Shown here: in pieces, positions 47,963-59,129 of the stretch
Position numbering within the stretch: position 1 is the first letter of the stretch
How the letters are laid out: each line of letters opens with the position of its first letter
Source of the DNA: an uncultured delta proteobacterium
Lineage (GTDB): Bacteria; Desulfobacterota; Binatia; UBA9968
Length of the DNA: 64,000 nucleotides
NCBI GenBank assembly: GCA_963816145.1
Contig: CAWFJP010000014.1
Span: forward strand, 64,001 to 128,000
Direction of reading: 5' to 3'
Translations under genes and position numbers: made by a program
Notes under the pieces: model-generated
The model's database searches: none
What the model was told of the DNA's origin: nothing
The model's input: only the letters and a program-made list of their open reading frames with translations

Positions 47963-48796
47963 ATGGAATCATCTTCGCACGGCGCCTTGAATCAGCAGGG
48001 ACTAAGCCCCATTCGCGCGGTCTTCGATCTCGATGCCTATTGTACTCGGGTCAACTACACGGGGTCCCGCGAATTGTCAGCGGTCACGTTAAAAGGACTT
48101 GCATTTCGCGCATGTGCATAACGTGCCGTTCGAAAATCTCGACATTCATTTGGGTAAGGCGCTGTCATTAAATCCCGCCGAGCTATTCGCAAAGATCGTC
48201 ACCAGGAAGCGCGGCGGCTACTGCTACGAGGTCAACAGTTTCTTTGCGATGATCTTGCAGGCTTTTGGTTTTCAGGTGCAATGCCTATTGGCCCGCGTTC
48301 TCTATGGTTTCTCCAACTTACGCCCGCGCAGCCATCAACTTCTTTTGGTCACCGTAGACAAATGAGTCATGGATCGCCGACGTCGGTTTCGGCAGTTGCT
48401 GCCTGCGCGAGCCGATGCGTCTGACGCCAGGTGTGGTGAGCGAGCAAGGCCCCGACAGTTTCCGACTCAGATCCGAGACCGCCCACACCTACATTTTAGA
48501 GGCGATGCTGGCGGGCCGCTGGCAAGACCTTTACGAGTTTACTTTGGAACCGTTCGACCTCGTCGACTTACGAGCCATTCAACTATTGGAACTCAACCTC
48601 GCCCGAAGTGCGCTGGACAAAGCAGAAGGTTTGCAGCTTGCCGACGCCAGAGGGACGCATCGTAGCGGTCGATTGGGAGTTCAAGATACACAGCGCCGAT
48701 TTAACGCAAACGGTTCGGGCAATGTCGGACGAAGAGTATCGGCGAATGTTGAGTCAGTATTTTCGGTTGGAGATATCGGGAGAATTTGTCAAATGA
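47963..48796 (+). CDS. arylamine N-acetyltransferase (several frameshifts)
   Basis: VPFENLD, RGGYCYE, RSH, WIADVGFG spread over frames. Confidence 0.8.
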
Positions 48797-48911
48797 GGAA
48801 TAGACTGAAGCAGCCGAAATATAATCGGCCGCCACGTTAGGAGGTATTATGGAAGCAGCTGTAGCCCGAGCCGAAACTGTCGATTTATCTTTAGACAAAT
48901 GGGAGGGGACT

Positions 48912-49811
48912 ATGCAATGCTTCATAGTAGCACTAGTTGCAGTCATGTTCAGTCTTACCGGGTGTGTGCTTACCCAAATTGAAGCACCCCAGATCAAGCA
49001 GATCAGCATCAATGGCGTCAATCTTACCTACCAAGAACAGGGGCGGGGCCGGCCGGTCGTCTTTGTTCACGGTGCGATCACCGATTACCGCACATGGGAG
49101 GGCCAGCGCGAGGCGGTTGCTGCCCACAACCGCTTTATCGCGCTGACGATGCGCTACTTCGGCACTGAACCGTGGTCCGATCAAGGTGCGAAGTATTCAA
49201 TGCAGACACATACCGATGATCTTGTCGCTTTCATTCAAAACTTAAACGCCGGTCCAGTAGACCTCGTTGGCTGGTCCTATAGCGGCCCGATTGCCTTAGT
49301 GGTCGCTGTGCAACACCCTGAACTTGTGCGCAGTCTTTTCCTTGACGAGCCGGCTACACTTGGCTTTGTTACTGATCCGGCGGACCTCAAAGTCGCGACG
49401 CAGGATCGCGGCGCCATGGCCGGCCCCGGCGCCGCAGCGGTCAAAGCCGGTGACATCGCGGGAGCGGTCAAAAGTCTTTTCAATGGGGTAAACGGCCAAC
49501 CCGATCTCTTCGACACCGTACCGCCAGAGGTGCGCACGATGCTGCTTGATAATGCCCGAACGTTGCCAATTGCCTTCGCCGCGCCACCCCCGCCTGCCAT
49601 CACCTGCGAACAACTCGGACAAATCAAGGTGCCAACAACCGTTGCTGTCGGCGAACTGACTCGACCGTTCTATAAGATTGCCGCCGGCGCGCTGGCCCGC
49701 TGCATCCCTGGAGCGAAACTTGTGGTGATACCGAGAGGCCGTCACGCCGCGGCCGTACAAGCTACATCTGCGTTCAACGACGCGTTGCTCCGATTTTTGA
49801 GTGGAAATTAG
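48912..49811 (+). CDS. alpha/beta hydrolase (exported)
   Basis: FVHGA, GWSYSG, GRH; GGAGG RBS. Confidence 0.85.
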   Translation: MQCFIVALVAVMFSLTGCVLTQIEAPQIKQISINGVNLTYQEQGRGRPVVFVHGAITDYRTWEGQREAVAAHNRFIALTMRYFGTEPWSDQGAKYSMQTHTDDLVAFIQNLNAGPVDLVGWSYSGPIALVVAVQHPELVRSLFLDEPATLGFVTDPADLKVATQDRGAMAGPGAAAVKAGDIAGAVKSLFNGVNGQPDLFDTVPPEVRTMLLDNARTLPIAFAAPPPPAITCEQLGQIKVPTTVAVGELTRPFYKIAAGALARCIPGAKLVVIPRGRHAAAVQATSAFNDALLRFLSGN

Positions 49812-49871
49812 TGTGTCCGGGTTCTGCGGATAAGCTGCTAATATTTAGGCGCTAGTCAGTTAGAAGGTAGC

Positions 49872-51023
49872 ATGCGTCAAAGTGGATCTGATATATCCCT
49901 GTGGAACAACGCATTGGTGAGAATGCAAAAGCGGATTAACGACACCGCTAACATGGAGTTAAGCGGCTTCCCCCAAGTCGCTGACCCGCAAACGGGAAAA
50001 TGGTCAACCGTAACCGATGGAGATTGGACGGGTGGCTTTTGGGTTGGTCTTTTGTGGCTCGCCCATTATCGAAGCGGCGACGCGGTCCTTCTATCGCAAG
50101 CAGAGCGTTGGGCGGAGAGACTCCGCTCGCGCGCCCAATCACAATCAGTATTTCGTTGTTTTCTTTTTTATTATGGCGCAGCGATTGGGGCTATTTTATT
50201 GGACAATTCTATCGGTCGAGAACTAGGACTGTTAGGCGCCCAGGAACTCGCGACACTCTATAATCCGCGCGCTCGACTGATACCCATTGGCACGCAAGCG
50301 CCCAAACCCCAAGCGGCCCATCTGCGCGAGACCAATGTTGACGGTCTGGCCTCGACGGCTTTACTGGCTTGGGCAGCTGATAGGTCAGACGACGAAACGT
50401 TGCGGCAGATTGCTAGAGCACACGCGATCCGACATATCGGGCTATGTCTTCGTGGTGATGGTTCAGTACAGCAGTCGGCACGCTTTGATTCCGGCACGGG
50501 ACATCTGACCGGACTTTTTACTCACAAGGGCTATTCTGACGAAAGTACATGGGCACGAGCCCAAGCATGGGCAATGCTTGGCTATGCGCTTGCGGCCAAT
50601 TACATACCCAACGAACCGATACTTCTTGAGGCTGCAATGCGAGCTTCTGACTGGTGGATCAACCATGTACCGACAGATGGCGTGGCCTATTGGGATTTCA
50701 GCGATCCGGGAATTCCGGGCGTGCCGCGCGACACGTCTGCGACCGCCATCGCGTTGGCTTCCCTTCTAAAGCTCAGTGCATTGACTACACCCGAAGATCG
50801 AGCGCGTTATCGGACTGCCGCTGAAAACACGGCTGCGACTCTTGTTAGACATTTCTTGACGCCAGTGTCTGAACGAGACAAGCGTTTACCGGGGATGTTA
50901 GCCGAAGGTTGTTTTAACGGACGCACGGGACAGTCGACAAAGCACGAGCTTATTTGGGGTGACTATTTTCTGTTTGAGGCACTTTTGGTTCTCGCGGGGT
51001 TGTTAAATCCTTCGACCATCTAG
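49872..51023 (+). CDS. GH88 unsaturated glucuronyl hydrolase-like protein
   Basis: WTGGFWVG, TWARAQAW, YWDF, DTSATAI, WGDYF. Confidence 0.85.
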   Translation: MRQSGSDISLWNNALVRMQKRINDTANMELSGFPQVADPQTGKWSTVTDGDWTGGFWVGLLWLAHYRSGDAVLLSQAERWAERLRSRAQSQSVFRCFLFYYGAAIGAILLDNSIGRELGLLGAQELATLYNPRARLIPIGTQAPKPQAAHLRETNVDGLASTALLAWAADRSDDETLRQIARAHAIRHIGLCLRGDGSVQQSARFDSGTGHLTGLFTHKGYSDESTWARAQAWAMLGYALAANYIPNEPILLEAAMRASDWWINHVPTDGVAYWDFSDPGIPGVPRDTSATAIALASLLKLSALTTPEDRARYRTAAENTAATLVRHFLTPVSERDKRLPGMLAEGCFNGRTGQSTKHELIWGDYFLFEALLVLAGLLNPSTI

Positions 51024-51237
51024 CGGTTTGAGTGACAAAATGACAAAACCCCCGCTGGTCTGATCCGGGTTGGACCCGCTTAAGCTTTAGGAAACGCGCT
51101 GTTTTCGTTCCCAAAGCGGGCGTTATCAAATCTTGGAGCATTACTAACGGATTTTATGGGCGCATATATGGAAATACGCCGCCTAGTCCTCCCCCGGCCG
51201 AGGATCCATGGCGATTTTTCGCCGGCCGTCTAGACGG

Positions 51238-51990
51238 ATGAAAGCGAACCTACGCCTGCGGGCAGGTGCCGCCCTGCTCGCGCTCCTGCTCGGCGGCTGC
51301 GCGCAACTGCCCCAGTACACCCGGCTTCCGGTCGTTGAGCATCCGTCGGTAAATTTCAACGAGCGCCGGCCGAGTTTCGTGATCCTGCACCACACCGGCA
51401 ATCGGGACACGAAGCGCGCCCTGGACACTTTATCCGAGAAGGTTTTCGAGGTCAGCGCGCATTATCTCGTTGCGCGCGACGGAAGGATCTACTACCTCGT
51501 CGACGAAATGAAGCGCGCCTGGCACGCGGGTGACTCCTGGTGGGGCGGGCCCATTGATATGAATTCAGCCTCGATCGGCATCGAGCTCGTCAACGACGGC
51601 AGCGAACCCTATGACGAATCGCAAATTGCCGTGCTGCTCGAATTGCTGGCTGACATTAAGCGGCGCTACGGGATTCCGGCAGCGAATTTCATCGGCCACG
51701 GCGACATCGCGCCTGGGCGCAAGGTCGACCCCGGCGCCGCATTTCCATGGCGGCGACTGGCTGAGCACGGCTTTGGCTTGTGGTGCGAGCCGCCCTTCGA
51801 GCCGGTGCCGCCAGCCCTCGACGCTGCAACGCTGCTCGGCACCTTGGGCTACGAGGTGTCCAGCATCGAGGCTGCGATCAGTGCGTTCAACCGGCATTTC
51901 GCCGGCGTCGAATCTCCGCGCATGACCGATGAAGGCCGCGCGCGCCTGTATTGCTTAGTACGGAAGAAATGGGCGGGAAAGCGCAGCTGA
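51238..51990 (+). CDS. N-acetylmuramoyl-L-alanine amidase (AmiD-like lipoprotein)
   Basis: LGGC lipobox, ILHHT, SAHY, RAWHAG, SIGIE, GHGDIAPGRKVDPG. Confidence 0.92.
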   Translation: MKANLRLRAGAALLALLLGGCAQLPQYTRLPVVEHPSVNFNERRPSFVILHHTGNRDTKRALDTLSEKVFEVSAHYLVARDGRIYYLVDEMKRAWHAGDSWWGGPIDMNSASIGIELVNDGSEPYDESQIAVLLELLADIKRRYGIPAANFIGHGDIAPGRKVDPGAAFPWRRLAEHGFGLWCEPPFEPVPPALDAATLLGTLGYEVSSIEAAISAFNRHFAGVESPRMTDEGRARLYCLVRKKWAGKRS

Positions 51991-52413
51991 TCTGTGGAGC
52001 GGCGGCCGCGTCTTTCGGCGCTGCTGATTCCGAGCACTGTGCAGATCGTCAACGGCCGAACAGCCCGCTCGCCCAGTTAACTTTGCGCGGACCGGCGGAG
52101 TATGTTTGCGAGATGCAGGCTCATCGCCGTGTTAACTCAGATGTCGGAAAAAATCAGTCGAACGAGACCCGCGCAAAAGTCGCAAAAGACTCTCATTGGA
52201 TTTTGTCCTTCTGTTCTTGGGATCAAATCGCTATATAAGCGAAAGACGCACTCCATGCTTAAAGCGGGTCCGGCAGAGGATGCCACGTATATAGCGAATG
52301 TGATCATGGTAAATTTCCGCCGCGACGGGGCGCTCGATACAATTTGAACATGTGGGAGTCCACCGAGACGATCCAGGTCTGAACAGGCAAAAATTGTTAA
52401 CAAGGAGACCGAT

Positions 52414-52818
52414 ATGAAAATTGACGGCGGCTGCCATTGCGGCAAGATTACCTACACGGCGGAAGTCGATCCCGAGAGTCGGCATCTGTCATTGCACGGA
52501 TTGTCAGACACTGTCCGGGACAGCGTTTCGCGTCAGTGTTTCGGCGGCTAAGGAAACTTTCACTTAGTGGGCGATCTGAAGATTTACGTAAAGACCGCCG
52601 AAAGCGGCGCCAAGCGCGCCCAGGCTTTCTGCCCTGAGTGCGGCACGCCGATCTACGCGACGGCGGCGAGCGATCCGCAAGTATTCAATATCCGCGTCGG
52701 CACGGTTCGCCAGCGCGCCGAGCTGAGGCCAAAAACCCAAGGGTGGTATCGATCCGCGCGGGATTGGGTGAATGATCTTCAATCTATGCCGCAGTTCGCT
52801 AAACAACGAACCGGTTGA
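52414..52818 (+). CDS. GFA/CENP-V family protein (frameshifted)
   Basis: MKIDGGCHCG, ICHCTDCQ, FCPECGTP across frames. Confidence 0.8.
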
Positions 52819-52865
52819 GTTGAAGTATAACGGCAATCGGTCTCCCAAGACGAAAGGGATACTCC

Positions 52866-53731
52866 ATGAACGAGGAAGGCAACCGCAAGCGCGAAGAGAG
52901 CCGGCGGGTTTTTAGCGAAGCGGCTCCCATCTACGATCGAATTGGTCCGCCAATTTTTTCCACTGGTCAGCGGCTTGTTGATGTCTCGGAGATATCACTC
53001 GGCGCGAATGTTCTCGACGTTGCGGCGGGTCGTGGCGCCGTGTTGTTCCCGGCGGCCGCGAAAGTTGGCTCAAGCGGGCGCGTTATGGGCATAGATTTTA
53101 CTGCGGCATGGTCAGCGAGACCGCCAAGGATATTGCGAGCCGCAAGATCGCTAACGCTGAAATTCGCCAGATGGACGCCGAGCAGATGGAGTTTGACGAC
53201 GCGGCATTCGATTGCGTCACCTGCGGTTTTGCGATCTGGATGTTCGCCGAGCCGGCGCGGGTTCTGCAGGAATTCCGTCGCGTGCTGCGGCCAGGCGGAC
53301 AGGTAGCTCTCAGCACTTGGGCGGCGGATAACCCGGCCGAAACTTGGTGTCATGACGTGCTTCGACCCTTTGTGGCGGCACCCGCGTCCAAACTGTTGGC
53401 GACGAAAGACGTGAGATTCGACACGCCGTTGCAGTTAGAAACGGTGCTGCGACAGTCGGGCTTCACAGATATTCAAATCACAGTCGAAGAGATGGAGTTT
53501 GTTTATCGCAGCGAGGAACAGTATTGGTCTTCGCTCTGGTCGTCCGGTTTACGGCGCCCACTTGAAAAGATGACCGCGGATTTACTGGCACAGGCCAAGA
53601 GCGAAGTCCTGCGAAAATTTCAAACCTTTAGACAGCCAGATGGATTTCACAAACTGAGTCGCGCTTTATTCGCATCGGCACCAAGCCGCGGCGTAAGCCG
53701 GGCGGCGAATCAGGCGAAGCGACCGGCGTGA
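52866..53731 (+). CDS. class I SAM-dependent methyltransferase (frameshift near 53105)
   Basis: VLDVAAGRG, MDAE, FDCV, RVLRPGG. Confidence 0.82.
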
Positions 53732-53810
53732 CTGCCGTGGTCAGATCGCTCGGAGTTCATAGAGGCGCAAAGAGAGTTAGAGATTAACGGGCGATAGGAG
53801 GAATAGCTCG

Positions 53811-54882
53811 ATGGCTGCTGTTGAACAGATAAAAGCCAAACGTGCCGGTGTTGGCTTGCGCGCTTGCCGATCGCGACGAAGCGTTTGCGGGGTACACTTT
53901 GTTCGCGCGCAAAGCGGCGGCGGCAAAGTTTACTCTGATCGACATTGAAGGGAATGTATCGTCGCACTTGGCAGATGCCGTATGCTCCCGGCAACTCCGG
54001 ATATCTCACCGAAAGAGGCACTTTATTCTACAACGGAAAAATTTGAAGCGGACTCTTTTTCACTCGCAAGCGGACGGTCGGTGTTGGCTCGAAGCGGATT
54101 GGAGCGGCGAGTTCTCGGGAGGTGCGCAACCGGATCATCAACACGACGGCATCCGGGTACGATCGGCAACGTTCTGCTGATCGGCTGCGCGCAGTCGCCG
54201 CAGCATCTCGGTTTCGCAGGCAAAGGCGGCGGCCCGGCACCGAGCACAACGGCGAGATGTAGCGGACTATCTCGTGGAGATGACGACGCATGGCGCGTGG
54301 TTTGGGACTGGCGCACATCGGAGCACCTCGATGCCGCGTCCGACGATCCGGCTCTGCAAGATACGCGCGAAGCGTGGACTCAGCCAACGATCTTGCCGAG
54401 ACGGCGAATGGCGACATCGTGGTGAGCTTTCGGCAATATTTCTGCCGTGATCACCATCGACCGCATGACCGGTGAGGCTATCGGAGCTGGGCGCGCGGCG
54501 GCTCTCCGGTCAACGTGCGCCGATGCCGCTACGCGAACGGTAACATGCTACTGTTCGACAACGGTCCGCACCGGTTGGATCATACGACGGCTTTTTCGCG
54601 CATGATCGAAGTCGAGCTGGCGACCAAGCAAATCGTCTGGAAGTATCAGGAGAGGCGGAGTACGAATTTTACAGCCCGAGGATTCCAACGCTCGGCGCTC
54701 CCGAACGGCAATACATTGGTGCGAAGGCGACTCGCCGTTTTTCGAAGTTACGCGAAATGGCGGTTGCTTTCGGGTAAATCAGGCCCTATTTTGGCGAAGC
54801 ACCGAACGGCTTAACCAATCACGAATTGCGGCTATCGGCAACATCGCCGAGGAAATTGTCTGGGCGAAAGCAACGCAGGTGA
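53811..54882 (+). pseudogene. aryl-sulfate sulfotransferase-like gene, heavily broken by indels
   Basis: Fragments AGYTLFA, EADW, NGDIVVSFR, NGNMLLFDNG, IVWKYQ, LPNGNTL; AGGAGG RBS before ATG 53811. Confidence 0.7.
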
Positions 54883-55832
54883 GCTGGGAAATATATTCTT
54901 AGCGTGGTCGGTTCTCTTTTTCTTCAAGGATCGTTTACGCCGCCGAAAAGATTCGCATCGGCTTCCCGGAATTTAACTCCTCGACGTTTACGCTGCCTAT
55001 GGCGCATATCAAAGGATTCTTCCAAGAAGAAGGATTGCAGGCCGAGCTGATTCGAATCCGCTCGGCGATTGCTTTGCCGTCGCTTACCAGCGGGGAGATC
55101 GACTACCATACAGTGGTCGCGCCCGCAGTTACCGCGGCGCTGCGCGGCATTCCGGTGCGCGTCGTCGCTTGTTTTACGCCGGGGCTGACCACGGCGATCA
55201 TTGCGCGCCCAGAGATCAAGACGGTGCAAGATCTCAAAGGCAAGACCATCGGTCTCAATAGCATCGGTGGCGGTCTCGAGAGTACTGTCCGGCTGATGCT
55301 GAAGCACTACGGCCTCGATCCCGACAAGGATGTGAAGTTCCTCGCTACGGGAGGGATCGAGACGCGTTTTGCCGCCTTGAGACAGGGCTTGACCGTGGCG
55401 ACGGCGGGTTCAACGCCGGCCGACTATCTAGGTAAGAAATTTGGCTACGTGGTACTGGCCCGAGCGTACGACTTGTTCAGCTATCCGAACACCGGTTTGG
55501 TCGCCAGCGTGAAAAGCATAAAGGAAAATCCCGATCGGCTTAAGCGGGTGATCAGAGCCGGCATTAAAGCCAATCGTTACATACTGATAAATCGCGAGGG
55601 CACGATTCAAGTCATGATGCAGTGGATGAAAGTCGACCGGGATACTGCGACGGCGACTTACGACGGCTCGGTGAAATCCTTCAATGACGATGGCGCCGTG
55701 TCCGACGCGGGTTTGCGCATCGCCATCGACGAAGCGCGCAAGGCCACGAATATTACGCGCGAGGTGGCATTTAGCGAAGTGTCGGATTTTTCGGTGCTGC
55801 GAGAGGCGCAGCGGGAGATGGGGACGAAATGA
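54879..55832 (+). CDS. ABC substrate-binding protein (N-terminal frameshift)
   Basis: KIRIGFP, GFFQEEGL, LKGKTIGLNS, VSDFS. Confidence 0.8.
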
Positions 55833-56857
55833 TTTTGGATTTTGGATTGTCGATTTTGGATTGTCGATCGATTCCCGATGAGCAAATCGTCTCCACGGGA
55901 GCGCTAGGCAAGATTTTGACCAGTGTCTTTGTTCTGTTGTTTCTCGGAGCACCTTCTCAAGCCGCCGATAAGATCAGAATCTCTATGACCGGGTTTGCCG
56001 GGCAGTTCATGACCTTTCCGCTGGCGCAGAAGCGCGGCTTTCTCAAAGAGGAAGGGTTCGAAACTGAGATTGTCCGCATCTCGGCGGGCGCCGGCCGGGC
56101 AGCTTTGACGAACGGCGATATCGATTATTCGACGGGCATCGGCGGGACCGCGATCAATGGCGCGCTTGCCGGCATTCCAATTCGAGTCGTGGCCTGCTTT
56201 GTCCCTGCTCCGGTGCTTGGGCTGGTGGCGCGGCCGGAATTCAAAAGCGTGCAGGCGCTCAAAGGCAAGACCATCGCGATTCTCATTCCCGGCGGGGTGG
56301 CGCATGCGGCCGCGCGGGCGATGGTCAGACATTTCGGTCTCGATCCGGAAAAGGAAATGAAATATCTCGCCGTCGGCCCGCCCGATGCCCGATACGCCGC
56401 GTTGACTCAGAGTTTGGTCGAGGCGGCTATACTCGGACCGCCACTGGATTTCGAGGCGCGCAAACAGGGTTTCAATATTCTCGTTCGGGCCGATGAGGTG
56501 ATGGTTTTGCCGGAGACCGGCCTGGTTGCCGGATTGAAGAAAATCAACGATAAGCCCGACGAGGTCAAGCGCGTCATTCGCGCCGGTATCAAAGCCAATC
56601 GTTACATCCGCGCTAATCGCGATGGCACGGTTCAATTTTTGACGGAATGGCTCAAGCTCAATCGGGAATCCGCTGCTGCAACCTACGACAGCGTCGTCCG
56701 GGTCTATAACGAAGATGTCGACGTCTGCGACAAGGGTCTGCGCGTGATCGTCGACGAAACCAAGAAAACCATGAAGCTCAGCCGCGACGTGCCGTACAGT
56801 GAGGTGGCCCATCTGTCGATTTCTAGAGAAGCGCAGCGGGAACTAGCGGGAAAGTAG
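55829..56857 (+). CDS. ABC substrate-binding protein (start uncertain)
   Basis: GFLKEEGF, LKGKTIA; tandem paralogue of preceding gene. Confidence 0.82.
   Translation: MILDFGLSILDCRSIPDEQIVSTGALGKILTSVFVLLFLGAPSQAADKIRISMTGFAGQFMTFPLAQKRGFLKEEGFETEIVRISAGAGRAALTNGDIDYSTGIGGTAINGALAGIPIRVVACFVPAPVLGLVARPEFKSVQALKGKTIAILIPGGVAHAAARAMVRHFGLDPEKEMKYLAVGPPDARYAALTQSLVEAAILGPPLDFEARKQGFNILVRADEVMVLPETGLVAGLKKINDKPDEVKRVIRAGIKANRYIRANRDGTVQFLTEWLKLNRESAAATYDSVVRVYNEDVDVCDKGLRVIVDETKKTMKLSRDVPYSEVAHLSISREAQRELAGK
55830..55868. repeat. GATTTTG heptamer repeat
   Basis: GATTTTGGATTTTGGATTGTCGATTTTGGATTGTCG. Confidence 0.7.
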
Positions 56858-56923
56858 CGGCACAAATTCAATTGCGTTAGGCGGCAACAACAACATCGAA
56901 TACATTGTTCGAAAGGATTGACG

Positions 56924-57748
56924 ATGATCTCAAAAACCATCATTAGATTGATAGCTGTGGGAGGATTTTTATTCTTGTTGTTGGTCGCCAAGCCGTTTGT
57001 CATCGTGCGCGCGGGGACGGTCGGTGTCGTTTATAGCTTCGGCTCGATCGTCGGCCAGTTGGACGAAGGGTTTCATCTGATCTGGCCCTGGTGGTTCGTC
57101 ACCCATACGGATATCAAAGTGCAAAGGGCGGTGTTGGATAAATTGCCGTCCTTCAGCGCCGAGACCCAAGACGTCTTTGTCCGGGCCAGTCTCAACTATC
57201 AGGTGTCACCCAAAGCAGTGCAGACGTTGTTTCGCACGGTCGGGCCGGACTATTTTCATATCTTGATCGAGCCCCGGGTGGCGCAGAACTTCAAGGACGA
57301 AACGGTCAAGTATAAGAGCGTCGACATCGCGCCCAACCGCGAGAAGATCCGCCAGGCGGTGCGCCAGCGGCTCGAAGCGGAACTGTCGCCGTACTCGATC
57401 CATATCATCGATTTATTACTCGACAACGTCGACTTTAGCGCCGCCTTCAAGCAGTCCATCGAAAACAAGCAGATCGCCACGCAGAAGGCCCTCGAGCAAG
57501 AGCAGCTGGTCTCCGCCGCTAAATTCTCCGCCCAGCAACGCGTCGAAACCGAAAAGGGCGAAGGTGAAGCCAAGCTCGCTCGGGCTGAGAAGGAAGCGCT
57601 CGCCAATCAAAGACTGTCGGCCTCGCTGACGCCGTTGCTGGTGCAACATGAAATGATCGACAAGTTGTCTGATAAAATTCAGATCATGGTCGTGCCTCAG
57701 GGGCAGAATTTTCTCATGCAGCTGCCTAATCTCGGGGCCCAGAAATGA
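56924..57748 (+). CDS. SPFH/prohibitin family protein
   Basis: AGTVGVV, EGFHLIWP, FSAAFKQSIENKQIA. Confidence 0.9.
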   Translation: MISKTIIRLIAVGGFLFLLLVAKPFVIVRAGTVGVVYSFGSIVGQLDEGFHLIWPWWFVTHTDIKVQRAVLDKLPSFSAETQDVFVRASLNYQVSPKAVQTLFRTVGPDYFHILIEPRVAQNFKDETVKYKSVDIAPNREKIRQAVRQRLEAELSPYSIHIIDLLLDNVDFSAAFKQSIENKQIATQKALEQEQLVSAAKFSAQQRVETEKGEGEAKLARAEKEALANQRLSASLTPLLVQHEMIDKLSDKIQIMVVPQGQNFLMQLPNLGAQK

Positions 57749-57763
57749 TTAGGAGGACAAGCG

Positions 57764-58552
57764 ATGGATTTGGGTCTGCGAGATAAGGTGGCGATTGTGA
57801 CCGGTTCGAGCGATGGTATCGGTCTGGTCACGGCGCGGGCCTTGGCACGGGAAGGCGTGCGCGTGGTAGTCTGCGCACGGCGCGCGGCCAAGCTCTTCGA
57901 CGCTAGGGATATGATGGTCAAGGATACCGGTGCCGAGGTGCTGGCCGTGCAGTGCGATGTGCGCACGCTCGACGACGTCCAGCGCCTGGTCGGTGACACG
58001 CTGCAACGATTCGGCGCGATTCATATTCTGATCAACAATGCCGGCAGTGTGCCATCGATCAAGTTCACCGAGGTTAGCGACGCGCAATGGTACGAGTACT
58101 TGGAGCGCAAATTGATGGGCTTTCTGCGCGTCACGCGGGAAATTGTGCCGCATATGCAAAAGGCGGGTTGGGGACGCATTATCAATGTTGCGGGCACGGC
58201 TGGCTGGGAGCCGAGCCACACCGGGATGGCCGTCGGTCTCAACAATGCCGCGGTGATGAACTGGACGAAATCGATGTCGCTGCAATATGCAAGCGACGGC
58301 ATCTTGGTAAACACGGTCGCGCCCGGCTCCATCGATACGCCGCGTCAGGTTGGCAACCGCCAGCGCGAATCCGAAGTCACCGGCAAAAGCGTCGAGGAAT
58401 TGCGCATGGCGCGGGTGAAAGACATCCCGCTCGGCCGCCTCGGCCGGCCGGAGGAAGTGGCCAACCTGATCGTCTTCCTCGCTTCGGAGTGCTCGAGTTA
58501 TATGACAGGGACTTGCGTAACAATCGATGGCGGCGTAGTGCGCGGGATTTGA
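57764..58552 (+). CDS. SDR family oxidoreductase (no YxxxK)
   Basis: MDLGL, TGSSDGIG, NNAG, IPLGRLG. Confidence 0.88.
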   Translation: MDLGLRDKVAIVTGSSDGIGLVTARALAREGVRVVVCARRAAKLFDARDMMVKDTGAEVLAVQCDVRTLDDVQRLVGDTLQRFGAIHILINNAGSVPSIKFTEVSDAQWYEYLERKLMGFLRVTREIVPHMQKAGWGRIINVAGTAGWEPSHTGMAVGLNNAAVMNWTKSMSLQYASDGILVNTVAPGSIDTPRQVGNRQRESEVTGKSVEELRMARVKDIPLGRLGRPEEVANLIVFLASECSSYMTGTCVTIDGGVVRGI

Positions 58553-58592
58553 TGCGGTGGAGTATCGACGCCAGGTTGATTAGGAGGCGAAT

Positions 58593-59054
58593 ATGCGAGA
58601 CAAAGCGATCGTCTTTGACTCCGGTGAAGGCAAGTTACTCAGTGCACGCGGCAGCGCGATGTTCTTCAAGGCAACCCGTGAAAGCACCAACGGCGCGTTT
58701 TCGTTCATGGAGCGCAGCTTGCCGCCCGGCGGCAGGAAGCCGCCGCCGCATATTCACACCAATTGCGAAGAGGCATTTTACGTTCTCGACGGCGAAATCG
58801 AATTTTTTCTCGGCGAGGAAACAGTTATGGGTCGGCCAGGCTCCTTCGTGCATGTGCCTGGCGGCATCTCGCATACATTCGGCAATGCGGCGAAAACTCC
58901 GTCGCGCCTGCTCATCATCCACGCACCCGCGATGGACTCTTACTTTGAAGAATTACAGGAGCTTTGGTCTAGGCAGGTTCGACCGAGCGTGGATGATGAA
59001 CGAGCCTTGATGAAGCGGCATGGTATGGAGCCGGGCAATGTAAGGGAGTCGTAG
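58593..59054 (+). CDS. cupin domain protein
   Basis: PPHIH..EEAFYVLDG, PGGISHTF. Confidence 0.88.
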   Translation: MRDKAIVFDSGEGKLLSARGSAMFFKATRESTNGAFSFMERSLPPGGRKPPPHIHTNCEEAFYVLDGEIEFFLGEETVMGRPGSFVHVPGGISHTFGNAAKTPSRLLIIHAPAMDSYFEELQELWSRQVRPSVDDERALMKRHGMEPGNVRES

Positions 59055-59129
59055 TCGGTACCTGCCAAACTCACAAATAAGGTCCGTAGGACGATGGAGA
59101 TGCATCCGAATTTCTCAGGAGGATAGGCC

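Noticed and set aside
51990-52400. Small ORFs between amidase and GFA
   Set aside because: Short, no motifs, no convincing coding signal.
42558-55000. Cluster of frameshifts (SBP, ManC, RluA, NAT, GFA, methyltransferase; also 24615 and 62090) as programmed frameshifting or phase variation
   Set aside because: Mostly short indels, some in homopolymers, hitting housekeeping genes and with no slippery-site/stimulator pattern; most simply long-read assembly error.
57764-58552. SDR lacking YxxxK as novel
   Set aside because: Keeps the Gly-rich and NNAG motifs; MDLGL-type SDRs without the Tyr are a recognised common subgroup.
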